Shown here in pieces: positions 12,301 through 25,531 of a DNA stretch of 64,000 nt; the stretch's first letter is position 1, and each line of letters starts with the position of its first letter. Source of the DNA: Takakia lepidozioides (taxonomy: Eukaryota > Plantae > Bryophyta); assembly GCA_030704615.1 (NCBI GenBank), contig CM060733.1:32116001-32180000 (forward strand), in the 5' to 3' direction. A program made the position numbers and the translations under genes. The notes beneath the pieces are model-generated. The model was not told the DNA's origin. It did no database searches and saw only the letters and a list, made by a program, of their open reading frames with translations.

Positions 12301-12634
12301 ACAACAGTAATGCCAAGCACCTGATTGGATATGAAGTGTTTAAGATTTTTGGTCCGATCACTTTGGTTGACAGATCTAGTGATGTTGTGGGGAGGGGGTG
12401 ATGCAGACACCAGAGGAAGGAGCATCCACGACCGTGTTCTTGGCATCAGCAGTGCAAATGGAGGGTGTCACAGGGGGTTACTATGAAGATAGCCGAGAAA
12501 GAAAACCCAGTGCCAAGGCAGTCAATAGCAAGTTAGCTCACTTGTTGTGGGCTGTCAGTGAAGACTTGACAGGAGCGACTCCTGCTCTAGAACCTCTAGG
12601 CCTCAGTGTGCAACCTGCAAAATTCCTCACGTAA
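6319..12634 (+). CDS. Short-chain dehydrogenase/reductase (retinol dehydrogenase/Tic32-like), putative plastid transit peptide; 11 exons
   Basis: Phase-compatible GT-AG exons start at about 6319, 6945, 7409, 7846, 8258, 10686, 10947, 11342, 11793, 12060 and 12407. They give the motifs IITGGNTGIGKATA, CDLASL, VNNAG, VNHLGHF, YGQSK (YxxxK), HPGIVNT and TPEEGA. Exon 1 is Ser-rich. Confidence 0.92.
7532..7575 (-). mobile_element. 44-bp 3'-terminal fragment of LINE family A with 15-bp TSD
   Basis: Matches the 3' end of the LINE at 8554-9484. CCTACATGGTATAGA is duplicated at 7517-7531 and 7576-7590. Confidence 0.85.
8397..8520 (+). mobile_element. Two tandem short 3' tails of LINE family A
   Basis: GGCCACAAGGCT..GGCAAACA..GTCT.ATGAGTACATTCT occurs twice. 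Confidence 0.8.
8554..9484 (+). mobile_element. 5'-truncated non-LTR retrotransposon (family A, RTE/CR1-like), C-terminal region with CCHC zinc knuckle
   Basis: ORF 8579-9478 with CPLC..H...C is near-identical to the 3' end of the 20.1-23.7 kb copy. A 16-bp TSD TCTCTAACTTAGACTA sits at 8538-8553 and 9485-9500. Confidence 0.92.
9501..10465 (+). mobile_element. Older, degenerate LINE family A fragment
   Basis: Diverged homology to the same C-terminal region (CRMCGRPEDNIHCLI, QQIDACVKG). It ends with ATGAGTACATTCT at about 10451-10463. Confidence 0.8.
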
Positions 12635-13139
12635 TACTTTCGTCTCTCCTTCGATTGCTTTCTGTCCTTGGGGTTGACATCTGGAGATGGGAGAAGTGCA
12701 AGCTCTGTCTTGCTATATGTTGTTCTACTTTCTTTGGGTCCCCAGAGATTCCTGCGGACGTACTATACAATTCTTCCTTCTGCTCCCCATTCTTCATACT
12801 GTTTACAGGGTTATTTGTACAACGGGATACTCTTTCTGTGTAGCACTCTGGGTGGATAGACAATACCCACAACTGCAATCTGCAGGGTTCCTTCCCTTAT
12901 GGTCTAAAGGCAGAGCTGACTATTCTAGAGATCAGTAAGTGCATTATTTGTTCAGCTGCAGTTATAAAATAGGGTTTGTTGTGTAAAGGGTGTATGATGG
13001 GCATCTCTCTCTTATAGCAGCCGTAGCATTTCAAAGTTTGATCGGGCTCGTTACAACAAAATATACAAATCCTTTTCACAGCAGGGGAGCAAGCAGTCAA
13101 GATAAGTCGAAAGCCAAGTTACCTTATGACGACAGAATT

Positions 13140-13775
13140 GGTGTGTGGGGACACAGCTGGAAAAACTGTTCCTATGATTCAAGACAGCCCTGATGAACTG
13201 GAGTATACTTCAAAGGCTTACAACGTTCCCATTAGTTCTTCTGAGATTGTGGAAGCAATTGAGCATAAAACTGATATAAAGCTGGTGGACCTGATGGCAC
13301 AGTCAACGAGCTTATCAGGCACGGTGGTGATCCCATGATAGAGGCCCTTGTACTTCTCTTTAACCTTATCTGGAGGACTGAAATGATCCCCTTTCGCTGG
13401 CGACAGGGGGTCATTGTCAATCTATACAAGAAGGGTGACAGAGAAGAACCGGGGAACTACCGAGGCATCACGCTCCTCAATGCTGTTGGCAAGATATTTT
13501 GCAGAGTTATAAGTACTCGTCTGGAGGTTGATCTGGAATGTAGAGGTTGTTTCCACGAAGGCCAAGCTGGCTTTCGGTGAAACGGAGGCTGTGTGGATCA
13601 TATCTTCACTCTAAGCCAGATTATGCAGGGAAGGAAAAAAGAAGGGAAGTCCACTTTTGTTTTTCTCTTGAATGTCAAACAGGCTTATGACACAGTGTGG
13701 AGAGATGGTCTATGGCTCCGACTGTGGTCATGTGGGATCAAGGGAAAGATGTGGAGAGTTGTCCATAACTTGTAT
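13140..13775 (+). mobile_element. Internal RT fragment of LINE family A
   Basis: Encodes NYRGITLLNAVGK, QAGFR and KQAYDTVWR with stops and frameshifts. It breaks off at GAAATGAAATGA (13776). Confidence 0.85.
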
Positions 13776-14216
13776 GAAATGAAATGAGAACTCGAAAATT
13801 GTCAATAGAAACTCCTCTAGGCACTCTTTCTGGATCACATCTACGACGTGTGCCAATGCGGGAAGACAATCGATAAGATGCTGTTGGTAGGCGGTAAAGG
13901 TAGTGCAGATGGGCCCATTGAGGAGAGATTGTAGAGAGTTGGAGGCATAGCCGAAAGCTGCAGCAGGACAAGGTATGGGGCAGGCTTCATCAGCATGCTT
14001 CCTGCTAATTTTCAAACTCTGAGCGTCTGAGTCGCTGGCATTTAGTACTTAGTACCCTCAGATCGACACGCATCTTGTGGTTGTCTCACTTGGCTTGGGT
14101 TCCCCATCGTTCGTGGTACATACCATGCAAGAAGGAGCGAGATTCTGTCCTAACCAAACCACAACAACAATTCTGGAACATTTTTAGTTTATCCCGGGGC
14201 GACACTAGTTGGAGCG

Positions 14217-15940
14217 ATGGCGCTCTCTCTTGGTGTGTGGGGCAAAGGACTTCGCACCTGTGGGCCCATAATCAGGTGCGATTTGCTTTCTCTTATCAGA
14301 AAATGATGTATGACCAGTTTTGATGAGTTTGTTGAGCATGTCCTGAGCTGAGTGAGCAATTGTAGGCACGCTCGGGTGGGGAGAAACAGGCGAGCGTATG
14401 GAAATTATGAGGAGTACGATGTCTTTGCTGGCACTCCTGATTCAACTCACAGAGTTCGTATCAACGGGTCCATTTCTTTCCCCTGCCTCAGACTATGGCT
14501 TTGCAAATGCAACCGATACATGTGTGTTCTGGGAAGGATTTCTTGAGTTGTCCTCTGAAAACATGGCTTTGGTAGACAAAACCGAGTAGCTACAGCTTGA
14601 TTTCCTCCAAAGCCCTCATAATTGGGAGATGGTTATCCATACGACAATCGGAAAGCTGACCTCTGGTTGTAAACTTCACGCCACAGAAGACTGCATGGAA
14701 GTGACATCGTCAGTTCAACGGCGTTGTCTATGTCTTACTGGTCTGGATGGTATGACAGGTACGATGAAGCGGGATTTATTGCAAATGGAGTGAACATTGA
14801 AGGAGGGATCATTTGCCTCAGCCGCCTGACACTCGCTTGGAGTCCGAAGACGTTTGCCGAAATTACTCCCGAGAGGTGCTGCTCCCTTCGTTTATTATTG
14901 AGGACCTCGTCTCCTTCACTTTTCTAAGGGTCTATATTTGGCCTCTCTTTTTCTGTGCCATTCTCAACCCTCAGGGGGACGTCAGTCAAGTCACAGCGAA
15001 TGTGTCGTCTGTGTTCAGTATATGCGATTGCAGTAGCATTGTGAGGTTCAAGATCAGACTGCGATAGCATCTGTCATTGCCCGTCCTTATTTCTACCCTC
15101 AATGGCTGTGGCTAGATCCTCATAGCTGTGTGCCAGAGGTCAAGTAGGTCCCAGCTTATATTTACAGCAAACATTCAATGTTTACATCTTTCTCTTCCCT
15201 TTCATGGGGCTGTGTGGCACCCTTTTTCTTTTCTGGTCACATAAAGAGAATGTGGTTCTATCCTTGGATGACTTGACCTCATGTAACCTGTGTGCATCAC
15301 TGTTGGCTTGTGTTTTTCCTATATTGTGTGAGCAGTTTATCTATCTTTCAGCTTTTGCGGCCCGCCCCTGGTAGGTTGTACAACACCACATGACATCTTG
15401 TTTGCTCTTCCAAATCTTAGTGCAGTATATTCCATTGAACAAGAACAGAGAAATTGTTTTATGCAATGAAGAGATGTACAAAGGTAGAGATTTAGCTTGA
15501 AGCAGTATTAAGATATGTCTGTTTCTTAGGGAGCATCCCACCATGAAGGACTGCAAAATAATAGGGCATGATGTTTAAAAAGATATTCGGCGAGTGCTCA
15601 AAATTGTACTGAAGGGATGTTGAATTGGGCAGAGATATTGGTGCTGGGTTGTGGACGGAAGATAGGATTTGTGAGCAAAGAACTTCGCGATTTTCTACGT
15701 TCAAATGGCATCAAATTGGAAGCAATTGACACGGTATCTTTCTATCATTAGCCCTCTACAGCTGGACATAGGTTTCCAGCATCTGGGAACTTTGAGGAAC
15801 TTTCTCATTCCTGAAGGACTTCCTCTGTCTTATCTTGCCTGCAATGTGTGAGCCAGGCAAATGCAGCATCAACATTCAACATTCTGAATGAAGAAGGGCG
15901 ACAAGTAGCAGCTGCGATGTTACCACAGGGATCTACGTAA
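14217..15940 (+). CDS. NDUFAF3: Mth938-domain mitochondrial complex I assembly factor 3-like protein; 6 exons
   Basis: Exons at about 14217-14275, 14366-14467, 14759-14875, 15336-15371, 15633-15733 and 15857-15940 give ...YDEAGFIANGVNIEGGIICL..AWSPKTFAEITPESLSIFQLLRPAPEILVLGCG..GIKLEAIDTANAASTFNILNEEGRQVAAAMLP. Confidence 0.9.
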
Positions 15941-17223
15941 GCCATTAAGTCGCTGTTTTCTTTCTTCAAGCTTCAGATCCAGCAATTACTATACACCACC
16001 ATCAATCCTGCATGTTCTAAGTTGTGTGATGGAAGCACCTGTTCCACAATCTTCTTGTTAGAGGCAGGTCCAGCACGACCCCAATCAGATGAGGGTATAG
16101 AATACTTTGCCCAGACCAGAGATTAGCTTTACACAGTCTGTCTTCAGTACTATGTAAGGGTAGGGTAGCTTGAGCTTTGGAGTATCAGCTTTCTCTCTTC
16201 AAATGAAATGATGAAGTTGCATTGTCACAAAACAGAATCTTGTAACAATAGACAGCAGCTTGGTCCTCTTGGAAAAGAAAGTCGGTAGGAGCTGCTTCTG
16301 CAGTTTTTGCGGCCTTGTTTTGGTTGTGTAACACAAAAGTTTGGGTGCTTCTCCTCTCCTTGTGCACCATATCTTTGTTCTCCATTGCATCAGATGAGCT
16401 AGGGCAATAGACTACAACATCAGAGAAAGTTTGTGCTATGTATCCCTCCACATTCTCAAAACTATGGAAGCTCAAAGCAGAGCATTATTGTGTGGAAGAT
16501 ATCTGCTGTGAACTCCATGTCCTTTGTCTACATTCAGCCCATGAGTTCATTGCTGAAAACTGACTAGTTAAGATGTGACTAGCCATCTGGAGGCAATAGT
16601 TCTTCCTTGTAAAAAATGTCCAGCATACTGCTGTTGAGCTGGATTCAAGAATCCCCAAGTATTTTCATTTTCATTCAGCATCTTGACCAACACACAAGTT
16701 GTGTCCACCACTGCCACATTGTTATGGAGGCTACTACCTGAAGTATTATTACCGAGGTCTTCTGGATTTTGACCCTGGCCCACTACTGTAGTCGTTTAGG
16801 ACGGAGTAAACCAGTGAAGTTGAAAGGCCGGAAGGAAAGAAAGAATGAGACTAGCAGCGGCACCTGGCACATGGAGAGGCTGGGGACCACACACTTACCT
16901 CGTCGAGACTTGAGACCTGTACAGGCTTCATGTACAACCACACATTCTAGCAAGAGACAAAACCTTGGAATACACTAAATTTTTCAATGACGCTGCACCA
17001 GCTTGTCTGTATCGTTGGAAGCTAAACTAGAAGAAGACGAAGGACTTTGGGGGAGAGAGAGAGAGAGTTTCCGGTCGTATTGCAGGCAAGGCTATTGAGC
17101 TTCTTTGACCTTCAGTAACGTAGCAATCAGCATAACGTTGAGGGAGAGAGAAACTTCTTTCCTAGCGGGAAATAAAACCAGAGAGAGAGAGAGAGGGCGA
17201 AGTTACAGTAGTGGATCATAAGT

Positions 17224-20200
17224 ATGGGTTGTCTTTCGAATTTGCCTTCTCCTGGTCCAGTTTCCCAGTGTTGTTCCAGGATTGTTGAAACCTCTGGAGC
17301 GCGAATTGGAAGATGGGTTCTCTCCTTTTCAGGCTCCTCAAGTCTAAGGCCCATGACATTGCGCGGGTGGCGGATTGTAAACAACCCAATTGTGGGACTG
17401 TCCCCTAGTGGTCACCGAAGTCTGTCGAGGAAATTGGATTCGCGTACAATATTTGCGGCGGATGTACCTGATTTTCTACCAGCTATCTGGTACATACAAT
17501 CCCCCCTGCTTTCACAGACAAGGTTTTAGAGATCCTTGGGATGGTTGCTCGAAGGTGCTATGGTTGTCACCAGCCTTTTCCTGCTCTTAATGTCCTACAC
17601 AGAAAATGTACTCGTAAGACGTTGTTTGCAGTGGCCTTGTGGCCATTGACCCCGCGCTCACTTCGAGCGGAACACAAAGGGACAGCAACTACCTTTGTCA
17701 GGGGCTGACGCCGGTAGTATGACTTACCTTGGAACAGACTTTTAATCCAGTTTTCCAGATATCCTCTGGAAATCCCTTCACACAAGCATCAATCTGCTGT
17801 GTGTGGGTTTACCCAATAGCTAGGCCCCAAAAGGGCCTGGGCTTTTGGCTCAGCCTCGAGACTTTCAAAGTTGGTAAACAGAGGTTCAGGCACAATTCCC
17901 TTGATGGATTTGAAGAGGTCGTCTCTCTCGTGAGAGTACCCAGGACAATGAATCAGAAAATGAATGTTGTCTTCAGATTGCCCACACAACTGGCAATTGC
18001 AATCCCTCGTCCCTCTCTGCATCTGTTTGCTGTTCAAAAGTAGGCTTCCCGCCCCCGAGTTTGAATTTCAGTCTAGTGCCGAGGTGGGTAAACCCTTGAG
18101 GTCATCCATGATATCCTCTCCCATGTCAATGTCCTAAGCAGAGAAGAAATTAAGCTATAGTCATGAAATTGCTACCTCCAATGCAAACCAAATGTAATGA
18201 TGCATGTAGTGGAGCCATGGTTGTAGTAAGCTATGTACAATCCCAAAAAACTGAGCCTCTGTCCGGACGGCTTCCCAGCCCTGGTGAGATACAGCACTCG
18301 GTAATTGCACATGAGTAGTCTCACAAATCAAGCAACCCTGAGCTACTTTTTCCTCTTCTTCTGTTGGTATTAAGCACCCCCTAACTTACCTCAAGTTTAT
18401 TATGGAATGCAGGACCAAGAGACCCGAGGACAAGCCAATTGGCCCAAGCTTTGATGTATGCTTCTTCCTCTCTCTCCGAAAACAAACACTTTCCCCCAAC
18501 ACACACACGCACACCCCATTCCTTCTGATTTTCTTTGCATGCCTTTCACCTAAGTAAGTTAGTGAAAGCACATTTTGAAGATCGAAGTTCACGTTACAAT
18601 AACGGAGACTCAGAGAGCGCATGACTTTTTACCTACTGACACACTTGCAGCATCTTTTCAATAAGGAGAATGTTCTAGCACTAATACTTAGCCGTTTAAT
18701 CCAGAGGTATGTGACCCACATATCTGTTGATGGAGTGCTGTGATTGTTGTAGATTTGACACCCCAGCGACGTCCCATTTTGCAAGATCCAGTTTTACCTT
18801 AGCTAAATTTCTCAGTGAGTGGCAAGTCAATGCATCATACACGATACAATCATGCTTTAACACTAACATTGCAGCTGCAGCTCAATTGTTATTAAGGGGA
18901 GAAGCACGCAGTGGCGGTGTACTTTTTGTAGAGTGAGTTTGTGCTGAGTTTGTGAGAAACAAATAGATATACTTACTAAAATATGTGCAAAGGTGAGACA
19001 GAGATCCAGATTCACATTGGGTGTGTGAGCAAAATTTTGATTTGGATGTCAATCTGTGCATCTCCTTCACCACTGGAAGAGAACCAAGGAGAAGGAAATA
19101 GGAGGTAGTGCTCTTCGGGAACATGCTTTATTTCCTGTTGAACACAACTACATCTGGGATAGAACAGGCAAAGTATGGACAGCATTCTGACCAGGGGTTG
19201 GGTGTAGTTGACAGCTGAGGAGGCCACACTTCGGCAGCTTGATGCTCTTCAGGATAATGACACCCCGTATCCAGACCATGGCGTAGAGGTCATGTACAGG
19301 GTATGTTTCACACACGTTTTTGCTTTTGCCTCTTTATTGGCAATTTGCATTATGACGTCCTCATAAAAGTACTCTCTTCAATCAGCCCTTTAAAATGGAG
19401 ATCTGTTTCTATTATCTCAAGTTTTTAACTCTCTCTTTGTGGCTCTCATTCAATACACTCTTTCACTATTCATTGACAGTGTTCCTGTTGAACACTGACT
19501 TTGATGTATTATTTTGGGCAGAGTGCCTATTTAGTGTTTTACCCTCCTTATTCTGGTAAAGAGGCTGTAGCAGGAAAGGATGAACCATCCCCCTCAGAAC
19601 TGTTGTAGCTCACTCACACCTTGACAGAACACCGTGCAAGCCAGAAAAACCAACGTATGCCACCTATCTTCTGCACAGCAGGAGAAATTTGCAAACAAAA
19701 GGAATTGTTATCAAGGGTGCCAGTTTTACTAGAGATTTAATTCTCCATTGGTTTGCGATTGCAGTTTGCAGGATTTGACCCCTTTAAACGCTCAGAGTAC
19801 TTTGGTCCCTTCTTTGATCTTGGCCAGGTGGGAAGTTTGCTCTTTGAGTGCACTGTACCGTGTGTTGGCCTGAATAAAAATGAGAACAATGAATAAATAA
19901 GAGCATTATTCAGTCTTGCAGGGATGCTTGCCATGTATTCTGAAAGATCTTGTTTCTTATATTATTTACAATCACCGTAAGGAACTACCACTCCAAACTA
20001 GGAAGATATATGAGAATAGATGCACCCTTTTGATTTTGCACACCCAGTGCACTGGATTGAACAAAAAAATACAAAAACTAGCATGCTTATCATGGAGAAA
20101 GATTGTACTCATAAGACATTGTTTGCCGTAGCCTTGTGGCCATTGACCCCGCGCCCAGTTTGAGCGGGAACAAAAGGGACAGAACCTACCTCTGTCAGGG

Positions 20201-23200
20201 GTTGACGTTGGTAGTAAGACTTACCTTCATAGATAGAATTAATCCGGGTTTTCCAGATATCCTCTAGAAATCCCTTCACACAAGCATCAATCTGCTGTGT
20301 GTGATTTGCCCAGAAACTAGGCCTCAGGAGGGCCTGGGCTTTTGGCTAGCCTCGAGACTTTCAAAGTTGGTAAACAGGGGTACAGGCACAATTCCCTTGA
20401 TAGATTTGAAGAGAGCGTCTCTTTGGTGAGAGAACCCCGGACAGTGTATCAGAAAATGAATACTGTCTTCAGATTGCCCACACAACGGGCAATTGCACTC
20501 TCCCTTTCCTCTCTGCTTCTGTTTGCTGTTCAAAGGTAGGCTTCCTGCGAGTTTAAATTTCAGTCTAGTGCCGAGAGTGGGTAGACCCTTGAGGTCATCC
20601 AAGATGTCCTCCCCCATGTCACTGACTGGAAACAAGTTCAGGGAAGTTTTCTGCCTAACTTCATTTTCATCAGACAATCTCATGGCAACAGACATGGCTT
20701 TGGACACTACAGCCTCTAAGTCAGATTTATCCAGCAGGGTCAAGACTTGCGGATCCAGGTCCAGGTCCTTGAGAATCTCTTCTACTCTCTTCTGCCAGGA
20801 CTTAGCCTGTTTGACAGGGCGGTCCTGTTTCCAAGATATAGAGTCGATTAACTTAGGATATCTGGTGTTGGGCATATGTTGCAGCTGACCCCACCATCTG
20901 ACCTTGAATTCATCTCGTCGGGAGCTTAAGGACGGAATGCCAAACTCACCCCGAACAGCCACATTGGCTGTTTTGGAGCATGCTGACATACACTCCTTAA
21001 GCACCCCCACTTGAATGGATTCTAGAGACTTAGCCTTGTTGGAGTTATCAACCCATATTGCAGATCCGTACTCCAAGGCAGGTCTAATAACGCGACAAAG
21101 CATGGTTTTCTTAACCTCAGAGTTGACCCCTCTGCAGTGGAAAAATTTAGTGAGCCCCAGAGCTTTGCCCTTGCCAGTTTGAACAACTTTCCGGATATGT
21201 GCATCCCAATTACAATTGGAGGAAAACTCAACGCCCAGGTAAGTGTAGGAAGGGAGGACCGGGATCTCTTGGCTACCCCACTGCCACTTAAGATCACTTC
21301 CTCCCTCTCCTCTGTCGTTGAATGCTACCACTGCACATTTGCTGACATTAGCCTCTAGCCCCCAAAGCTCAAAGTATTTCTTCGCGCAATCAATCAACTC
21401 CTGGAGATTGGTTTGAGTCTCCCCTATGCCTGCGAAGTCATCCGCAAACATAAGGGCTGGTATGGTGGTATCACCCACCCTTAACCCAAATCCCTCACTT
21501 TCCACATCCTCGAGGAGTTGATTGATGAAAACATTGAAGAGCAGAGGGGAGAGAGTACATCCTTGAGCTACACCTTGGTCTATGTCATGTCCGTTAACAG
21601 TGACACAGCTTTTGGTGTGAGCATACAAGTTGTGGACAACTCTCCACATCTTTCCCTTGATCCCACAAGACCAGAGATGGAACCATAGGCCCTCTCTCCA
21701 CACTGTGTCATAAGCCTTTTTGACATCCAGGAAAAAAACATAAGTGGGTTTCCCTTCTTTTTTCCTTCTCTGGATAATCTGGCTTACAGTGAAGATATGA
21801 GCCACACAGCCCCTGTTTCGCCGAAAGCCAGCTTGGCCTTCGTGGAAACAACCTCTAGACTCCAGATCAACCTCGAGACGAGTACTTATAACTCTGCAGA
21901 ATGTCTTGCCAACAGCATTGAGGAGCGTGATGCCACGGTAGTTCCCCGGTTCTTCTCTGTCACCCTTCTTGTATAGATTGACAATGACCCCCTGTCGCCA
22001 GCGAAAGGGGATCATTTCAGTCTTCCAGATATGGTTAAAGAGGAGAACTAGGGCCTCTATCATGGGATCGCCACCGTGCTTGATAAGCTCGTTGACAATA
22101 CCATCAGGTCCACCAGCTTTATATCCATTTAAATGTTCAATTGCTTCCACAAACTCAGAAGAACTAATGGGAGCGTTATAAGCCATTGAAATATACTCCA
22201 GTTCATCAGGGCTGTTTTGAATCATAGGAACAGTTTTTCCAACTGTGTCCCTCCATTCAGCAGAAGACCCCTCACTGTTAGACCTAGAAGTTCTGCCAAG
22301 GATACTGTAGTGAGTTTCAAAGGTTTTGACAATGTCAACCGATGAAGTCACCACTGCACCTTTAGTAGTCTTCAGCGCTTGTACTTGCTGACCGTTTTTC
22401 GGCTTGTACAAACGTTGAAGGGCCAACCAGAATTTCTTGTCATTACCACCATGGTGGTTTGAGTTTATTTCACTGTATAACTTGTCCCAGTATAATTTCT
22501 TCTGAGACCTAACAAGCTGATTGATATCTTTACGGAGCTGGTAGTACCTCGCCCACAATTATCTGTTGGTTTTCAAATTGCAGCACTCTTTATAGAGGGC
22601 TCGTCTCTCAGCTATCTTGAGTTTAATCTCATTGGTCCACCAATTAACAGCTCTACCGCAGACAATTAGTTTCCTCCCAATGATTGTCAGCCACGGAGGA
22701 AACGAAACTCTCCCAAGAGTCCACTGCTCTTTCGACTTCATTTCTTGCGTTGTCAGAGCGAGACTGAAGTTCTTGGAGCGATTGGACAAAATGAGGGAGA
22801 GCCTCTTGCAAGGCCTGGACGTACCCAGCCTTGACCTCCTCATTATGGAATTTTTCTATGCGCCACTTCCGAATCGAACGTTTCACAGATCTCTTGGTGT
22901 TTTTGATCTCAGTCCAAACCAGGAAGTGGTCAGAGGTACCAATATCAGTTCTGTCGATCAACACATTGGCACACTTGGGGAACAAATTTTTGTCCATTAT
23001 GATATAGTCCACAATGGAACGTTCCCCAGTTTGGGATTTCTCACGAGTCCACTGCACTTGGTCACCTCTTGTCCTGTTATTCAAGGTCAAAAGCTGAAGC
23101 TCTTCCAGACAGTTAATTAACCGTCTGCCGTTAGAATTCAGCTCGTCCTCACCAAAAGGCCCAATGATATCGTCCTGATGGAGCCCTTTGCCTCTCGAGA

Positions 23201-24667
23201 TGGTACCATTAGCCATGAAATCCAAGCCTAAGCTAGAGCATGTAGTTTTAAAGGACACATCGTCCATCCTGGGATTCACCCCAAAAACTACACATGAAGC
23301 CCTAGATGACAGGAGCTAAAATTTTGATTGTAGTCGCAGGCTATAAGTTTAAGCACAGGAACCAACCCGAGCCCAAGTGCCGAGTATGCTAGACAGAGCA
23401 TACGACTGCCCAATTTGGGCGGAGGGGCTGCCCCCAAGCGGTAGGGGTCCGCTTGTTACCATTCAGAGATCACACTCCAGGGAGTTGCAGGGAATGGCCC
23501 GTGTAGGCATATTCTAAAGAGGGAAAGGCCCCAAGCTTTCCAACTAAATCCAATGCACTACCTTACCTGGAGCAAAGCGCTTCAGGTCGAAACAAACAAG
23601 GACACGAGGTCACAAGGCCGGCCTTTAGTCACAGAGACATTAATGTACTCCCGTATCAAGTCCACCCAATGGCAATAGGCTTCCTAGAGGACAGGGAGAA
23701 TATCATGGAGAAAGAGATATATATGTGCTCAAGGTTGTCCTAGTTTTCCACCAGTGAAGATTATTGTGTGTGTACACTCAAAAGAATTTGGTTGGGTGAT
23801 TTGGATCTGTGCATGGCAGTTTGAGCGTTTCAGACGAATCTTCCATCACTCCACCTATCGTGTGCTGCTTTGCCATACCGAGCGCCAGATATTAAGCAGT
23901 CTTTATGTCAATGAGGTATTACCATTTCAAGATTTATTAGCAGTGATATTGGCTTAGCATTGCATCTCTTGTGTCCTTGCCTCCTCACCCCTTTCCTCCC
24001 ACCTACACCTTACTGGGGTTCTGGTGGATGGCACTTACCAGCATTGCTTCAAACAGAGGATCTGGGTGTGTGGAGCTCGGCCTGGCGAGGAAGGGATTTT
24101 TGAGTTGACCCTTGTGCAGGTGAATGCTTCTTGCATCACTGAGCCCTTGCACCACTGGCCATGCGGGGATAGGGGTATAATATGTTGAAATTTGTCATCT
24201 ATCTCTGTGTACAAAAAATTTCTCTCCATGGCTTCCTGCCCTGCACTCCTCCGTCTTTTTGGGGGAAAGTGGGAAACATCCGTCTCTCTGTGGACGTTAT
24301 AAAGTTACTTTCTCTCTTTCTTTCTTGTTTCTTTCATTCTCTTATCCCATAAGCTCTTTGAGCTTTCTGCACACGTTATAGAGTACCATTTCAATTTCTC
24401 CTGCCCAAACTGGGCGCAGGGTCTATGGCCACAATAATACAGCAAACAACGTATGAGTACATTCTCTTGGGCTCCTATTTCGTATCATTCCGTTGTTTCT
24501 TGCGCATAATTTTTCTAGGTTTTGCCAGAAGCTAAGGTCCATCATTGCTTGCATGTCTCACAGTTTGTCAGTTGCTGCAGAGAGTTGGTGGCAATTGGGA
24601 TGGATATTGGCTGACAGACAGTCTACGGCCTGATGCGAATGGCATAACAGGAGGTATTGCATATTAA
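17224..24667 (+). CDS. Conserved green-plant protein of unknown function, putative plastid transit peptide; 7 exons
   Basis: Exons 17224-17489, 18413-18455, 19208-19300, 19764-19826, 23820-23915, 24042-24119 and 24581-24667 join in frame: DVPDFLPAIW..QLDALQDNDTPYPDHGVEVMYRFAGFDPFKRSEYFGPFFDLGQFERFRRIFHHSTYRVLL..QRVGGNWDGYWLTDSL. Recognised from memory as resembling a conserved plant family. Confidence 0.85.
17605..18128 (-). mobile_element. 5'-truncated LINE family A in intron 1 of the 17.2-24.7 kb gene
   Basis: Contains the zinc knuckle CQLC..HFLIHC and the family A 3' tail. A degenerate TSD (AATGTCCTA) sits at about 17589 and 18128. Confidence 0.85.
20103..23700 (-). mobile_element. Near-full-length LINE family A (partial APE endonuclease, RT, CCHC), frameshifted and internally deleted
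   Basis: ORFs 22653-23279 (NSNGRRL, DYII, SDHFLV), 22559-22843 and 20324-22558 (QGCTLSP, FADD, YLG). A 15-bp TSD TATCATGGAGAAAGA sits at 20088-20102 and 23701-23715. Confidence 0.95.
24280..24465 (+). mobile_element. Adjacent short 3' tails of LINE family B (CATTT) and family A
   Basis: CCCATAAGCTCTTTGAGCTTT...ACCATTTC is followed by CCCAAACTGGGCGC..GGCCAC..GAGTACATTCT. Confidence 0.7.
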
Positions 24668-25531
24668 TTGCCCCCTGCAATGAGCCTTCCTAAACTGCTT
24701 TCTCAATTTACAAGGATCCCTCCCCCTGTATAGTTTCAGGGATTGTGCCTGAATATTGGGAGGGATACCATCTGTATTGTAGAGCCTGACATCGGCAGTG
24801 TTCTTAGAAAGAAAGTTACATCTATCCTGTATCAATATCTGCCTGTGATTTGTTGTATGAGTAAGTCAAAGAACAATTGTTTTAATCTGAAATCCTTTAC
24901 GAATTTTCTCTGAGAAAAATCAGTGCTGAAAAATGTAGGATGTGTTTCTTACGAAAATTGTATTGAGAAAGCTGCATCTATCACTGTTCTGGACAGGATC
25001 ACAAAGTTTTTTTTTCCTCTTCTTGAGGATCTAGTATAGCTTTGCACTTTGAGGTAACACTCACCTGTAGCTACAGAAAAACGTCTCTTATCGACCCAAG
25101 TTGCTGGTCAAGTTTAAGAGTATACTAAGGACTGCAGAAGGTAGAATGTTCCCACTGATGCTGAGAGCAAACCGCACAAGTTTCACCCTTGAAGCTTTCT
25201 ACCATCATTACATATAAGCACTTCCATGTCTCCAATGACAACGACACCTTGAATCTTCTCCAGACAGACCTGCATGATAGTGTTGCGCGATGTCATCCTG
25301 GTGAAACAGCTTGTGATCAGAATGCTCTTGGAAAAATATATACAGAGTCTGGCCTACTGGCGAAAATGCTTCTCTGCCACACAATGAATACATGTGGATA
25401 ATGATCCTGAGATTACTCACATTTCTGAACTGTCTACTTTTTGAGTCAAATCGTCCATCTTCTCTGAACCCTACTTGCAATTCTCTGTTTGAAATGTTCC
25501 AAAAGTAGCCTTCCCCAGGAAGACGTTGCAA

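Noticed and set aside
16050-17000. Possible minus-strand spliced transcript between NDUFAF3 and the next gene
   Set aside because: One good donor site is present, but the frames are closed and no domain is recognisable.
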